From positions 992,001 to 1,056,000 of the forward strand of contig MU004197.1 in assembly GCA_010093605.1 (NCBI GenBank): 64,000 bases of DNA, given 5' to 3'. Shown one piece after another: positions 37,746 to 50,949 of the stretch (positions are counted from its first letter, which is position 1; the number at the start of each line of letters is the position of its first letter). A program made the position numbers and the translations under genes. The notes under the pieces were generated by a model, which was given only the letters and a program-made list of their open reading frames with translations, had not been told where the DNA came from and made no database searches. Origin of the DNA: Lophium mytilinum. Taxonomy: Eukaryota.

Positions 37746-39399
37746 ATGCCGTCGACTTTCTACGAGGACTACCCTCCAGAGTTGACCAAGGAAGAGGAGG
37801 AGTACCTGCTGTCCAACCTCAAGGACTGGTGCATTGCACATGGAATAGCTGTCCGACCACCGCCGTCTTTTGTCTCGAAGGAACAGGATCCGTCTGGTGT
37901 CTTAGCCACAACGGCCCCGGTCACGTTGTTTCCAAGTCTTTTCCCGAGGTCGTGCTTTGAGGAGGCGCATGCAATCCAGACGACTTATAATGAATTATAT
38001 GCTGCTATTGCTAGAGATGAGGAGTGGTTGTATGGGATTGTTAAAGAGTGAGTATATCATCATAATATTAGGGTTCCTTAATTCGTAACATTTACTAATT
38101 CTATTACCTGTAGACTCGTAGGCGTTGACGACTTCACGGCTAAACTATGGGAAGTTCATGAAGCTGTGAAGAAGGAGGGCTATGTGCAGGTAGTCCTCTG
38201 ATTCCACTTACTGAAACGACTTCTGACGACATCAGGCTCTTACACTAGGACTATTCCGCTCAGACTACATGGTCCACCTAGATCCATCGGACCCAAACGC
38301 CAGTCCAGAGATCAAGCAAGTTGAGTTCAATACAATCGCATCATCCTTTGGGGGCCTCTCAGGTGAAGTATCCCAGCTACACAACGTACTATCCAAGATC
38401 CGAGCCTATCCTCAATCAGCCAAGCGAACCATTGCGAAAGCAAATATGCCTGTCAGCGAGTCCGCCTCTGAATTGGCTGCAGGTTTAGCAGCCGCACACC
38501 ATGCGTATGGGGAGCCCGAGATCTCACGCGAGACGTGCGTGCTCTTCATCGTGCAAGACCCAGAGCGGAACGTGTTCGACCAGAGGCACTTGGAATGGAA
38601 TCTGCAGAAGCAGGATATCCGAACGTTTAGATTACCATTCCACCGCACGCTCTTAGATACAAGACTCGACTTCAAGCACAAGCTCGTCTACACTCCTCCA
38701 CACGCGCCTTCCACAGCTTACGAGGTAACGACCATCTACTTCCGCGCAGGCTACTCACCCGACGACTATCCCAGGGGGGAGGACTGGGATGCCCGTTTGC
38801 ATCTAGAGCGCAGCAACGCTATCAAATGTCCGAGCCTCCTCACTCACCTTGCTGGTTGTAAGAAGGTGCAGCAGGTACTTGCAACACCCAATTCGCCGCA
38901 TCTGGAACGGTTCCTGGGCACCAAGGAGAAGGTAGACCGAGTGCGCGCGACCTTCGCTCCCATATATCCCCTCGATGCCTCTGAAGCGGGGCTAGAGGCG
39001 AAAAAGCTGGCCACAAACCCTGAGACCGCCCAGCGCTACGTGTTGAAGCCTCAGCGGGAAGGCGGGGGCAACAACATCTACCGCATGGCCATCCCGAAGT
39101 TCCTCAAGTCGGAGCCGGAAAAGAATTGGCCGGCGTACATCCTGATGGAGATGATAGAGCCGCCAGCGCAGAAGAATGCTATCTTTCGGAACGGCGAGGT
39201 GCAGAGGGGTGGAGTGATATGCGAGCTGGGCATCTACGGAGCGTGTCTGTGGAGGAATGAACTGAAGGGAGGTGGTACGAAGAGTGAAGTGTTGAAGAAT
39301 ACGCAAGCTGGATACCTGCTACGAACCAAGGGCGACCAGAGCGAAGAAGGCGGTGTGGCTGCAGGATTTGGAGCGATTGACAGCGTGTGCTTGGCGTGA
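37746..39399 (+). CDS. GSH2: Glutathione synthetase (eukaryotic type)
   Basis: APVTLFPSLFPR, LGLFRSDYM, KQVEFNTIASSFGGL, ERNVFDQR, YFRAGY, LAGCKKVQQ, VLKPQREGGGNNIY, GYLLRTK, EGGVAAGFG. Introns 38048-38113 and 38190-38235. Confidence 0.97.
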
Positions 39400-39932
39400 G
39401 GGGTATCTCTCTGAGGATGAGGTGGCTGGCGGAGTGTGCATAACAGAGCCCAATTGGAGCGGTGCTACTCGGAGGATACTCAGAGCTGGTGGTACGACGG
39501 GGAGGAAGCCGCATGGCTGCAGAAGGAGTGGTAGGTCTCTCAATTGCAGCTGCTGGTTGGTGGCTAGCCAGAATTCTCCGAAAAGATATAGTTTTTCCCT
39601 ACCAACCCTTGTCTCCGGCCGAGTTAGCAGCACGAGAATTATCACAATGGGGAGTGTATGGTAACGATTAATCGAAAAGGCGACTGCCAGTTTGACAAAG
39701 CAATACACAGAGACCACGATAACTGTTCGTAGGAAGGTGGAGGTTCTACAAACATGGGGGGGTGCTCAAACGGCCTCCCAGCACGGCGGAACCCGGCCGC
39801 ATTGACCTCTCGACGTCCCCTCCTGTTCGAGGTGTTCGTTTCGTAGTGGTACACATTAATTGCTCGATGCTATGCCTTGGCGGTTTCAGTCGTGCTCCCG
39901 GACGGCTCTCCGTTGGCTCGAGCAGAGCCATC

Positions 39933-39967
39933 GGTCGTCGTCGTCGTTGTTGTCGTCGTCGTCGTCG
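39933..39967. repeat. Trinucleotide microsatellite (GTC/GTT)n
   Basis: GTCGTCGTCGTCGTTGTTGTCGTCGTCGTCGTCG, about 11 units. Confidence 0.85.
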
Positions 39968-41437
39968 GGGAGGCTGGAGGTCTCACGGTAAACAGAAGGC
40001 TGACGGGCGTGGGCCAATCTCGAGCACGGGAAGCCGTCCACACTGCCGTGGACGGGCTGCAGCCGGGCGATCAAGCCCAGTTTCTCGGCAATCAAGGGTC
40101 GATCCTGTGCCGTTTTCACAACTCCCGCCCTCATAACGAGGCCCTCTTGCTGTGCCAAGAAGCCTCACTCTCCAAGGTTTGGAATAGCTCAGGCGAAAAA
40201 GCAGCCCCCAAAAGACGTTGAGGATCTAACGCATGCGGCCTGCACTTCTTATCAGGAGCAGCATCGCCGCGTCGTCATCTGTTATGCAGCACCTGCACAT
40301 GAGAGATCCTGTTTATGCAGTGTGTCTTTGCGGAGGCTCGGCAAGAGCCCCCCTGAAGCCATCTAATCCATGGTATGGATCCGCTCTGGTGATTCGCGAG
40401 AAGTTATAGCCAGGCCCGCCACGAGCTCAGCCTGCTCAGGGGAGATTATCTGGCCAATGCGGGCCTTTAGACCTGGATGGACCTTGTCTCTGCGCGTGCT
40501 CCGGCGTCGACGTGGAGGCAGCTCTTGCATCAGAACTGCAAGCCTGTAAGTACCGAACCTGTTGCGCGCTGTTGTAGCTGTGTGCTGGCACTGGCATCGC
40601 CTCGCAGCTAGGCTTCGGCCCCCAATTGCCAGCTGCTGCAATGCCCATCTCATCGCCACAGAGCAGCATCCAGGTATTGGCCGACGCGTGCCTTCTTCCC
40701 CGCGACACGCCTACGCTGCCGGATCTCGCGGGCCTGTCGTTCACGAGCGGATGGGCTCTAGCCTGCGTGGGCTGATTTCCTACCGTCGCCGTGCAATTTC
40801 CCATAGCGTCCTGTATGGCCTCATACGGTAACGAACTGACCCGAATGAAGGCTGCCGTTGACGCCCACCACGCCACGGGGGCCTCTCCGCCAGCCGACTG
40901 GTGAAAGAGATGGGGCGCTCTGGGGTCGCTGCGTACTTACCGTAAATCTTTTTTCTTTCCAGCCTTCCCAGCCAACCTGAGGTCGAGGTGCAGCTGATGT
41001 GGCCGATCTGCCGGACCATTTCTCGCGATTCCTTCGTCACCGCGTTGCACCCCCGTCGTTTCTCTATCGCGAGCTTGCCTGCACTGCTGTCCTGTCGTGA
41101 ACAACCCAGTGCCTGATGTGCTTGCTCTAGCGTCCAGTCCGTTCTCCAATTCAAGTTTTTGCTTCCTTCTCACACTCTCTCTCCCCGCGTCTCTGCGTCG
41201 GCACGTCGTTCCGCCTCACAGCGCGCCTACTGCTTGTAGCCTCACACAGCTTCCATTCTCTACACACCCAAGTACCCCAATCGATCTACACGCCTGCTGT
41301 CCGCGTGGAGCAGCTTCCAGAATCCCCACAGCTTCCTTCCATCCCGATCTGCATCACACTTGACCTCGGCGTGGAGCATGGCCGTTGTCTTGAACTCATT
41401 CGCGCCGCACACATAACCTCATCCTCCATCCGCCGCC

Positions 41438-44400
41438 ATGCGCTCCTATCGCTATCTAGTATCTTCGCTCGCTCTTATCGCCCTCCTCCACCCGGCCGTG
41501 GCCCTCAATTACCCTCTCAACGCTCGCCAGAATGATCAGACGTCATCAGACTCCTCCTCGCCGTCAGCTACAGACGCTGCGCAGCCGTCGTCGACTGGAG
41601 ATGCCTCACCACTACCCTCCAGCACCTCCGAGAAGGCTGCCGCGACCTCGTCGCACCATGAAGCTTCATCCCGGCTGTCCAGTACCCTCTCAATATCCGT
41701 GACACCTACCGAGCCTATCCAAGCTCCATCTTCCTCTGTCGCCAATGCTGCCCAGCCTGTAGCCACCAATGGTTTGTACACCCAATTGCTTCAGTGGAGC
41801 CTCGCTGACATTCATAGGGACGGCCTCGCATGGCAGCCCGCTGCCGATCCATCCCAAGCTGACACCTGCTATGGGCATAGCTGGTGTCATATTGCTGCTG
41901 TCTGGCGTTGTATATACCTTGATTGGGATAAAGAACAAAATGTACTTGACACCACTCTGGAAGTCATGGTGGGGCTCCGCTAACACTCTCTTAGGCTGTA
42001 CATCTTCTTCTCTGCCTGCTATTTGACTAGCTTGGCTACGACCGTATGTTTCGCGTCCTGGCAATTCTACGTACTTCACTGATATATGCTTCCAGGTCCT
42101 CATCATCTATCTGATGAGTCCACCGGTCAAGGATGCCATACAAGGAGCTTTCTTCGTGGCCGCTTTGATATCAGGCCTCATATTTGGAGCTCTGTCTCTG
42201 GTTTTCGCTGACATCACAGACGGTCTAGGCTGTCTGCTGGGCGGATATTGTCTCAGCATGTGGTTTTTGACTCTGAAGGAAGGAGGTCTTATCGAGTCCA
42301 CCACTGGACGCGCCATTTTCATCGCCTGCATGAGCTTCGCCGGATTCTCACTTTCATTCAGTCATTATACCCGGACGTACGGCTTGATTGTCTCCATTTC
42401 CTTTTCTGGAGCCACCGTTACGGTTCTTGGCATCGATTGTCTCAGCCGAGCGGGGTTGAAGGAGTTCTGGCTCTATCTGTGGAGTATGAAATCCCCACAT
42501 GACGTTACCAAGTCAAAGCTTACCTGATTTTGCAGATCTCAACTCCAACACCTTTCCCTTGAATACTAACACTTACCCGGTGACTCGTGGAATTCGGGTG
42601 GAAGTGGCATTCATCGTTCTGATATTCCTTCTAGGCATCGTCTCGCAATTGAAGCTATGGAAGCTTGTAAAAGAGCGGCGTGAGAAAGGCGCTGTGACCA
42701 GACTGGAGCGCGAAGAAAACCAGCAGCGTGAGGAAGAGGAGCGTGGCCGAAGAATCGAGAATGACTTTGCGCGGGAACGCGCCCAGTGGGAAGCGGAATA
42801 CGGCGACAAGAGCATGGCAGGCCTTCACACCGACTCTGCAATTGGCTCGTCGAACGACAGCAACCCAAAGACATCCGTCAGCGTCAAAGAAACGCGTCGG
42901 TCAGACAGCGTTGAGATGGTGGACATGTCTGGGTCCAAGGATTTGGATCGATCCAAACTCATGTCTCGAAACTCTAGCAAAGGTGGTCCGGGTGTTAGTG
43001 TCACTGTGAGAGTTATGGAAGACGATAACATCCAGCAGATTGACTCTAATGGAAACACTGTTTCGACTTACCCCGCAACAGCCAGAAACTCCGGATTGCA
43101 TTCGAGCGCAAGCAGCAGTGCTCGGGCGTCGGCAGATTTGAGAGCTATAGAGGAAGGCGATCAAGCTCGTTTAGCATCAACTCGGGCATCACTTCGCTCA
43201 TCAGTACCACCACCACCTATTGTCGTCCCCTTACCTTTCAACGTACCAAATTCCAACCACTCGGACAACGGAGAAAACGCTTCAGTGTCGACAGTCCCTG
43301 AGTCACAGCCTTCTAGGAGGCCTGGATCCAAGAGACTATCAGCGATTTCGAACCGGCTGTCCATGAATAGGCTCTCTAGTAACCATTCGTCACAGGAGGA
43401 GATTCTGATTCCACACATAGAGGACGATCGTGCTTCCTCTTTGGCTGCGACCATGGATGATATGGACGATGATGCCTTTTCTCTACCGGAGCTGTCACCA
43501 CCGCATTCCCCGTTAACAGAAGGATTCCAGGAGCACATCGATACACACATTGATGCGGGTAAGACTAAAGAGCAAGGCTCGAAGTTTGATGAGATTGTCA
43601 AGAATAAGGAGGGCACGAAATCGGAAGATGCTCAGGCACTTGCAGCACTAACTTCGAATTCACTGGCCACGACCAAATCTCCCAACCGCCAATCACTCAC
43701 CACTAGCACTGATCCTAAGCCGAACGAGACAAAATCAATACGACTATCTCTCGGAAGCCGACGGAGGTCCGGTGCATCAGTTGCGAATGACGATGACGGT
43801 CGAACTCGCCGAACCTCGAAGTCGATGCCATCGATACCGCAGTCGGAGGGCTCGCAGGGAGCATCTCACATTGAGAGTCTTGCTGAGGTCCTTCCAGAAA
43901 AGCTCTCAAAGGTTGTACTTTCATACCGGACCAATGAGTGGGCAAAGCACCTAGAAGTTGCAGACAAGCCTGAGCTGGATGAGCTCCAGCAGCCACCTTC
44001 GCCGGGAATACAGGTCCAGATGGGTTTGCCTGAGCCTACCACACCCCCGAAAGTCGTCGAAAATGCTCAGCCTGCCCCGGTCTCTACCCGGCCAGTCTCT
44101 AGCCATCAAGCATCCGCTCCGCAACTAGCAAGGCAAGGCTCTCAGGCATCACAACAAGCATCAAACACGAATCCCTACCGCCAACCTAGCGCAAATCGAT
44201 CGTCTTCTACGATGTCGAAATATTCTGTTAATGACTTTACTCCCATGTCAGTTTCGCGCAACCCTTCAAATGCGACAGTCAACAGCATTCCCAGCATCCA
44301 GATACCAGGACAATATGCAACAGGACCCGGCGCTATGTCACGATCGAGCTCGGCAGCAAAGATGCGCGGCGGAAGAAATTCATCGATGCCTTTAATGAAT

Positions 44401-45066
44401 CAAACGCTAGTGGAATCACCTATTGAGGAAGAGTCGGCGAACATGCGGTTTGCACCATCTCCTATGCCAGGGAACAATCCGATGAGCAGACGGGAGGCTC
44501 TTACACGGAACCAATCGACTCCAACTACATTCACGCCGTACTCATCTGTCCCAAATCCGAACTTCGTGGCTGCAAGCGACGCTGCATCCACCCGGCCTAT
44601 GAATCTCCACGCGGCTGACTCGGACAACCTGTCTCTATCAGACAGGAAAAAGATGATTGATCAGGAGAACCTGACGCTTACGCAACGCCAGACTCTCATG
44701 CAAAGTCGACCTCAACAGCAGCGCCAAGGCACGTGGCCTTTAGCAGAGCAGATGAAGGGCTTTGACTCTCACCAACCGAGCCGAACGTCCGGGATCAATC
44801 ATAACAAGCAGGAAGCCAGGCTTGCGACATGGCGCGAATCGATTCGGCAAGATACCGCACCGGTACTCCCAGTCGTCAGCGAAGAAGATAGGCGGATGGC
44901 CATGATCCAGGAGCGCAAGCGGCGCGAGATGGAGAAGCAGCAGCAGGCCATGGCAGCGAATGTTCGAGATACCATGTTCGATAATATGATGCGCCGTGGC
45001 GATATGCTGGACGCGCATCGCGATGCCCTTAGGAAGATGCAGGCATCGGCAAATAAAAACGCGTAG
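41438..45066 (+). CDS. DUF4203 (TM7S3/TMEM198-like) membrane protein with signal peptide, Ser/Thr-rich stalk and long disordered C-terminus
   Basis: Signal peptide, then LPIHPKLTPAMGIAGVILLLSG, GLGCLLGGYCLSMWFL, LGIDCLSRAGLKEFWLYLW and FPLNTNTYPVTRGIRVE. Later motifs: KVVLSYRTNEWAKHL, FDSHQP, MLDAHRDALRKMQASAN. About 4 introns. Confidence 0.85.
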
Positions 45067-46681
45067 ACACGCATCGCTTGACGTTCCGAATCGAATCGAA
45101 TCAGACCCCCTCCTAGTGTCTGTTCTAGGGACGAACGAACCACAATAAGGGAGGTGCCATTCAGCTTGTACATGCTATACTTCAATGGCAGATTCCCGTG
45201 TTCACGATGCGACTCCTTTTTTCCTTTTGTCAGCCGGGCGGTTTCAGGTGGCACTGATACGGATCAGATGCATGGATCACCTACAACGGCGTTTGATGGG
45301 GTTCTGGGATGAATGCATGGATAGGAGATGCGGATGGCTAGATGGATCTTAATGTGGACGGGCGGGACCAACGGACGCGTCACACCACATACGACAAAAG
45401 CGGTCATATATACTAATAAAAAAGCATATGGGCGGGCGTCGCGCACGACATGGCATGTATTAGCTGGATCTGAGTTCGGATATGTACGGACGGTCCTTTA
45501 GTTTAACTTTTAATCTGAGAGGCTTTGATATTGATGGGGTGTCCTTGCTGGATCTGTAATTGCTTGTGGTTTTTGATTCATAGGGAACTGGATGTCGAGG
45601 TGAGAGTTTGTGTGCTTCCATCCACGAATTCATTTAGTTATGAAGGAATACCATGCCACAGCCGTCACCCATACTGCCTAGTTGATAGCATCCATCACAT
45701 TATCATTGCGGCGCGGAGATTCTGCTTTCTAACCATTCAAGAGCAATGATGCTCACTTACGCACAGATGCTCTAGGTGTTTGCGATTGATGGTGCTGCCG
45801 CTATCCGTCAGGCGATATCTGACAGTCACGACGGAGAGATGCGGTGCCTGAACCTGGTTCCCGACTCCCGGGTGTCTGGACAAGGTCACGGGAGGGGCGT
45901 TTGATGTGGCTGCGGCTAGGGTGTAGGTGCATCATGGAAGGCGAAATTTTTCAGCGCCGGCGTCAGGGGGAGGCGTGACTGCAGAAGCGAGACCCTGCTT
46001 GCGGGTCGTTCTTGAGGGGAGAGGAGGACCCCGTTGATGTCATGGCTGCTGGTGCCTTACTCGCTGTGTCGCCGTGTGTAAAGGCATGAATCTGGGGGTG
46101 ATTGAGGGACGGACGTGGTGTTCATGCTGCAAAGCCCGAAAGGTTGCTGCCGCCTCACGCTTCCTGTCACTCGGTGCCTCCCGCCAAGGGTGGGTACAAG
46201 GCATCGAATGATGGCTTGAGGATCGCCAGACTGCTGGGTCTGGTGTATTGAATGCCATGCAAAGCGTCGCCCAAAGCGTTGCCTTGGGCCGCAGGGACTC
46301 TGCGGGCTGCGTTTAAGAGAAGGGCCATGCGGCCAGCATGAGGCGGAGGCGTTTGCGCTGCTGAGCCTGACGTCGAGCACCCGCCGATTCCGGCTCTCGC
46401 TGAAGTTCCGTATTTCATACATATCTTGCTGCTGCTGCTGCTGCCGTCGGTCTCGCTGCCGCCGTATATCGATCGCTGCGAGGGCTTGCTGGGGCTCTCG
46501 GTTTCTTCGACCTCTTTATGCAGCAGATTGGACGACAGCCGTCGGCACGGGGCCACGCTAGCACCAACGACAGCGACCCCTTTCACCTCCCACCTCGACG
46601 TCCAGTGCCAGCCTCACCCTCACTGCTCCCACGTTTACGCGCCGCCCGTCCTGCTGTCCTCCCACACGCGCCCACGCCTGC

Positions 46682-48070
46682 GTGCTCGCAACAACGGCGT
46701 CCCAGGCTCAGGCTACCCCGTCGTCACCACCGCGTTCGACTGCGCCGCCATCCTCTCCTCCCCCGGCCCGCTGGAGCTTAACGAACCGCATCTTCAACTT
46801 CAACTTCCGCTCCTCTACTCCCCGCCCGCCGGCCTCGCGCCTGTGGAATCCCGTCAATTCGTCGCCGCGTACCCTTGCCCTTCCGAATCTCCCCATCCAC
46901 CACTCGCAGCTCCACCACCAGCCCCCCGAAGGCCGCGACGAGTACCCGCTGCTCACCCTCCCCGAGCAGCGCCGCAGCCGCAACAGCGTCGCCCCGTCCT
47001 CCCTAGTCGTCGAGCGTAGCACAGGCGGCGAGAGCAGTCGCACCAGCATCGGGCTGCCGCGAGACCGTCGGAGCCAAGCCGTCGACCCCGACGCTCCCCC
47101 GACCCCCAGACTGCCCATGGGCGTGGAGCAGATGGCTGCGAAAGCCGCCGGCATGGACGACGTCCCTCTCGGCTCTACGAACCCCAACGACCCCGAAACC
47201 GGGCCTCGCCCGCTCAAAAACGCGACCTCGCGCGCCTCCCTACCCCTCGACCGCCAGCCCTCATTTGGATCCCATCGCCGCTCGCTGGGCGGAACTGCAT
47301 CCGCCCCGGGCGACGACGACGCAAACTCGGACTACGAGTGGGGCCCCGCGCACCCATGCTTTCCTCACCCGAACCCGCACGTCCCGCTGTCCTCGCCGCT
47401 GCATACCTCCACGCGCATCATCCGCGTGCGGCGCGACTGGATGGCGCATGGGGACCTGGGCCCCGCGTTTGCGAATCTGTACCCCGAGATTCTGGACCCG
47501 CTGGTCTCCGAAGACGACTTCCGGGCGATGATCAAGCGGGTGAATGATGAGCTGGCGGTCGCGTTTAACCCGACGAGCTGGCGGGCGTGGGTGGATACGT
47601 TGATGGGGGTGGCGACGTTGTGGCTGTGGGATGATGTGGGGATGAGCGCGGTGAAGGGGCGGTTGGCGCGGTTGGAGGGGTGGCTGGAGCAGTGGAATAG
47701 GGATGTTGGGGAGAAGGAAGGGGTGAGGGTTGTGCCGTTGCGGAGGACGGGGTATTTGACTGTAAGCTTCAATTTTCCCTTGACTTCAATTACCTGGCTG
47801 TCGTAAAACACTTTTGCGAGACTTAGCGACTGATCATCACAGCTCGATATTCAAATCCCCGACCCCCATATCGGCCTCGACACCTCCTCCGCCTCGCGCC
47901 CCGGCACCCAAACCCACACCGACGACCACCCCGTCTCGGCAACGCGGACGAATAGCGACCCGCATAGCTCAACCGCCCCCCAGATCCACGCTGAGTTTGG
48001 CTCGTACCCCATGAACACGGGTATGGGGATGGGCCCAGCTATGCCCACCGCAATCGAAAGCCGTTCTTAA
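46682..48070 (+). CDS. ERF4/GOLGA7-family protein (Ras palmitoyltransferase accessory subunit-like); start uncertain
   Basis: WGPAHPCFPHPNPHVP, TRIIRVRRDW, PAFANLYPEILDP, F-x-x-MIKRVNDEL, PLRRTGYLT|LDIQIPDP. Intron ~47762-47842, stop TAA at 48068-48070. First in-frame ATG is at ~47117. Confidence 0.82.
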
Positions 48071-49031
48071 AAAGAAAAGTCCCCTTAAATCAGCGGAAAG
48101 AGACGCTATAGTCCTTGTATGTCTTCTTTATGGTGTAGCATTAGCATGGTCGTTGAGGCGTCTTTCTCATTTTCTTTATATCACTTTTAAATCCCGCAGC
48201 GTCTACGTTTATATCTTCTCTTGTATCGTTGCGGTATTTGCGGAAGCAAGGAAAAAGTTCGGGTACTGGTCTTGGGACAGACAGGCAGGGAGGCCCGCGG
48301 AGGCGAGTTCGCATATACCCCTGGGAATAATGCTTTTTATTGTTTATATAGGTTGAGGGGGGTTGAGAGTGTATACATTTTGTTCTACCAATTCTAACGT
48401 AGTGGCTCATAGGTTTGAGACTGCCAAGAGCCAGTGATGCTGTTTCCGCTATTTAGGTGGTTTCCTCTCTCTGGGCCTGAAGGTTCCGCTTGCGGAGATT
48501 TTGCCGTCGATTAACTTTGCTAGCTCTATGCGTAATTCTTTCCCGCAGCGGCATGACCCTTGTGGGTCGAAACTCGGAAGCGCCATCGCTCGGGACGTCC
48601 AAAGAGGTATAAGTAAGTGGTGGAATCGTACCACAGTAAAGTGCCGCATGTAAGGACAGGTTCTTCAAAACTTTATACTGGTACAATGACGCACGTAGGC
48701 GCTAGGAAGCCCTAGAAGCCTCCACGTCTCTGGCGAGTCTCTGCGCTTCCTACATCCTCTCTTCACGTCCGGTGGTCTGGCGCGGAAATTGAGTCGGTCC
48801 TGTGAATCTCCTTTCCAGGCTAATACTTGACGGGCTTGGAGATCGATAGGCTGAAAGGTTGTTATTCTCCTCTAGAGATGTTACTTTAGGTGGTAATTTT
48901 GTGGTTCTTTTTAGCATTTGACCACTAGACGTGACGAGACTGTATATGTTCCACCTCTTCTCTCTTCAGAATTTGCACAAGCCCTATGCTCGAGACCTGC
49001 ATTTCCCAAGACACCTTTCTATTCCGCAAAC

Positions 49032-50282
49032 ATGCGTTTCAGCTCCGCTTCTTACGTTACCGCTCTCTGCCTTCTCCAAGTAGTAGAAGCACGCGACTAC
49101 ACCATTCAGCATTCAAGTCAGAGAACCCCTGCCCAACCACTCTTTTCACTTGCCCCTTTCTTAATGCACTCCTCCCAGGCGCCATAGTGCACGCGTGCGT
49201 CTGGTTCAACACCGCCCCTCAGCACCCATCCGCATCGCCTTCACCACCGGCTCGCAGTCCGACAGGTGCATGGCCGACTCAGGCTCCAGCGCTTCCCTGA
49301 AAGTCAGCCACCGTGGCTTGTCGTGCACCGAAATCGGGTACGTCCGCCAAAAATCCGACGATGGCTGCAACGTCAGAGGCGGCATCTGGACACTCTCCTA
49401 CCGCGGCGGCGGCTATGCTGGCGAGACGGGGAGCTACTGGGACACTTTTCCCGCCAGGACCGCGCGGTGCACTCTGCTGAAGACGACCCCGTGGACGGAG
49501 ATCTGCAGCTCAGAGGCGGTCTGTGGGCACCGGGATGTGAAGTGGAGGTTGCACGATACGCCTGATCTGTGGGTGGTGTTTAAGCCTGAGAGGGACGGCA
49601 AAGATGGGTATGATGACGCGAGCGAGCTTGTCAACGTTGAAGCTGCTGCGATAAACAGGAACGACGACGAGAAGAGTCTTCTGGTAGAAGCACAACGCAG
49701 CCCTACCCCTGCGCGTAAGCATTCCCCTAACGTCATATTGTGCCTGTGAAGTACCCTCTTCACCCCTCTAACTCGCGACCCCCCTCAGGCGCAAGATTCC
49801 ACGCCTGCGTCTACCTCCACTCAACCCCCTCCCGCGTCCAAGGCTTCCACTTCTCCAGCCACCACAACACCTGCATGCGCAAAACCGGCTCGCAAGCCTT
49901 GGTCCTCACGTACCGCGCCGGCCTGACCTGCGAGTCCCTCGGCGTGGTCGAGGAAGCCTACGGCAACGACACGGACTGCTCTGGCGACGACGCGCATATC
50001 TGGCGGCTGTCGTGCCAGGGCGACGGCTACCTTGCCACGATGAACAGCGAGTGGAATTATGAGCGCTGACACGCTGATGAGATGCTGGTGCATGCGGTTG
50101 CGAAGGAGGGCGTGTATTTGTGCCCGGAGGAGGAGTTTTGTGGGGGGAGTGTTGTGGCGTGGAGGGTTGAGGAGGAGCCGGATGTTTATGTATGTGTGAT
50201 GTTGTTGTTCTAGGGCCTTTGCCTCTGCTGACATGGTGCTGTGTAGGTTATCTTTAGGCCGGAGTTGGGGAGCCCGCCGTGA
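49032..50282 (+). pseudogene. Secreted Cys-rich protein with two tandem homologous domains; carries a frameshift and an in-frame stop (pseudogene, recoding, or sequence error)
   Basis: Signal peptide MRFSSASYVTALCLLQVVEA. Domain 1: HACVWF...CMADSGS...GLSCTEIGYV...IWTLSY...ICSSEAVCG...W...PDLWVVFKPE. Domain 2: HACVYL...CMRKTGS...GLTCESLGVV...IWRLSC...LCPEEEFCG...W...PDVY|VIFRPE. Frameshift near 49214-49228, TGA at 50067-50069. Introns ~49117-49178, 49715-49788 and 50190-50246. Confidence 0.75.
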
Positions 50283-50949
50283 GTGGGCTGGGAGCGGGAT
50301 TGATGGGGCTGGGGGGAGGGGGTTGATGGGAGGGGTGGAGAGGAAATGACTGCAGCTTACCCGTCGGTATATCTCCCTGCGCAACTCTTGCGCTTGGTCT
50401 TCCTCTGTGGTTGTCTGTAATCGATTTGGTTAAGGCCCTGGGAGCTGGGCTGCATGCGACCAAATTATTGGCGAAGGGTGCTAACTACTTAGCACGTGAT
50501 CTTATCCATGGCCCTACAGTGAGTTGCTGATGCGTTAGACGACGGTCGTGGAGACCTTCACATGCCTATTCGTTCATCTCCAGAGGTGTCAGGAGGTGTT
50601 GGAACGGTGCGAAGGAAGCTATATTGCCCAAATAGCTGATGGGGTGGCGGTACGAGCTGGTTGTGATAATCTGACAATAGCCTGCAGTCTCCATATCTAG
50701 TCAGGTGGCACCCTGAACCAGCAGTACGAAGAGGATAGAATGAAATGCAGCACAGTTGAAAGGGAGAAGAGAAAAGACTGGAGCCAAGGGAAGCAATCAT
50801 CACCTTTACCGTTTTGAATCGCGGATTACCCTAAGACCTACCTGCACTATCACAGTGTACATTTATCGCAGACTTTACCAGAATGCATTCCAACTCTTAG
50901 GAATTAATACGGGGAGGTGGGAGAAGGCGAGGCGAAGGTTTGACGATTC

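Noticed and set aside
29683..39399. Glutathione-related cluster (GFA plus glutathione synthetase)
   Set aside because: Separated by four unrelated genes, and no formaldehyde dehydrogenase or S-formylglutathione hydrolase is present.
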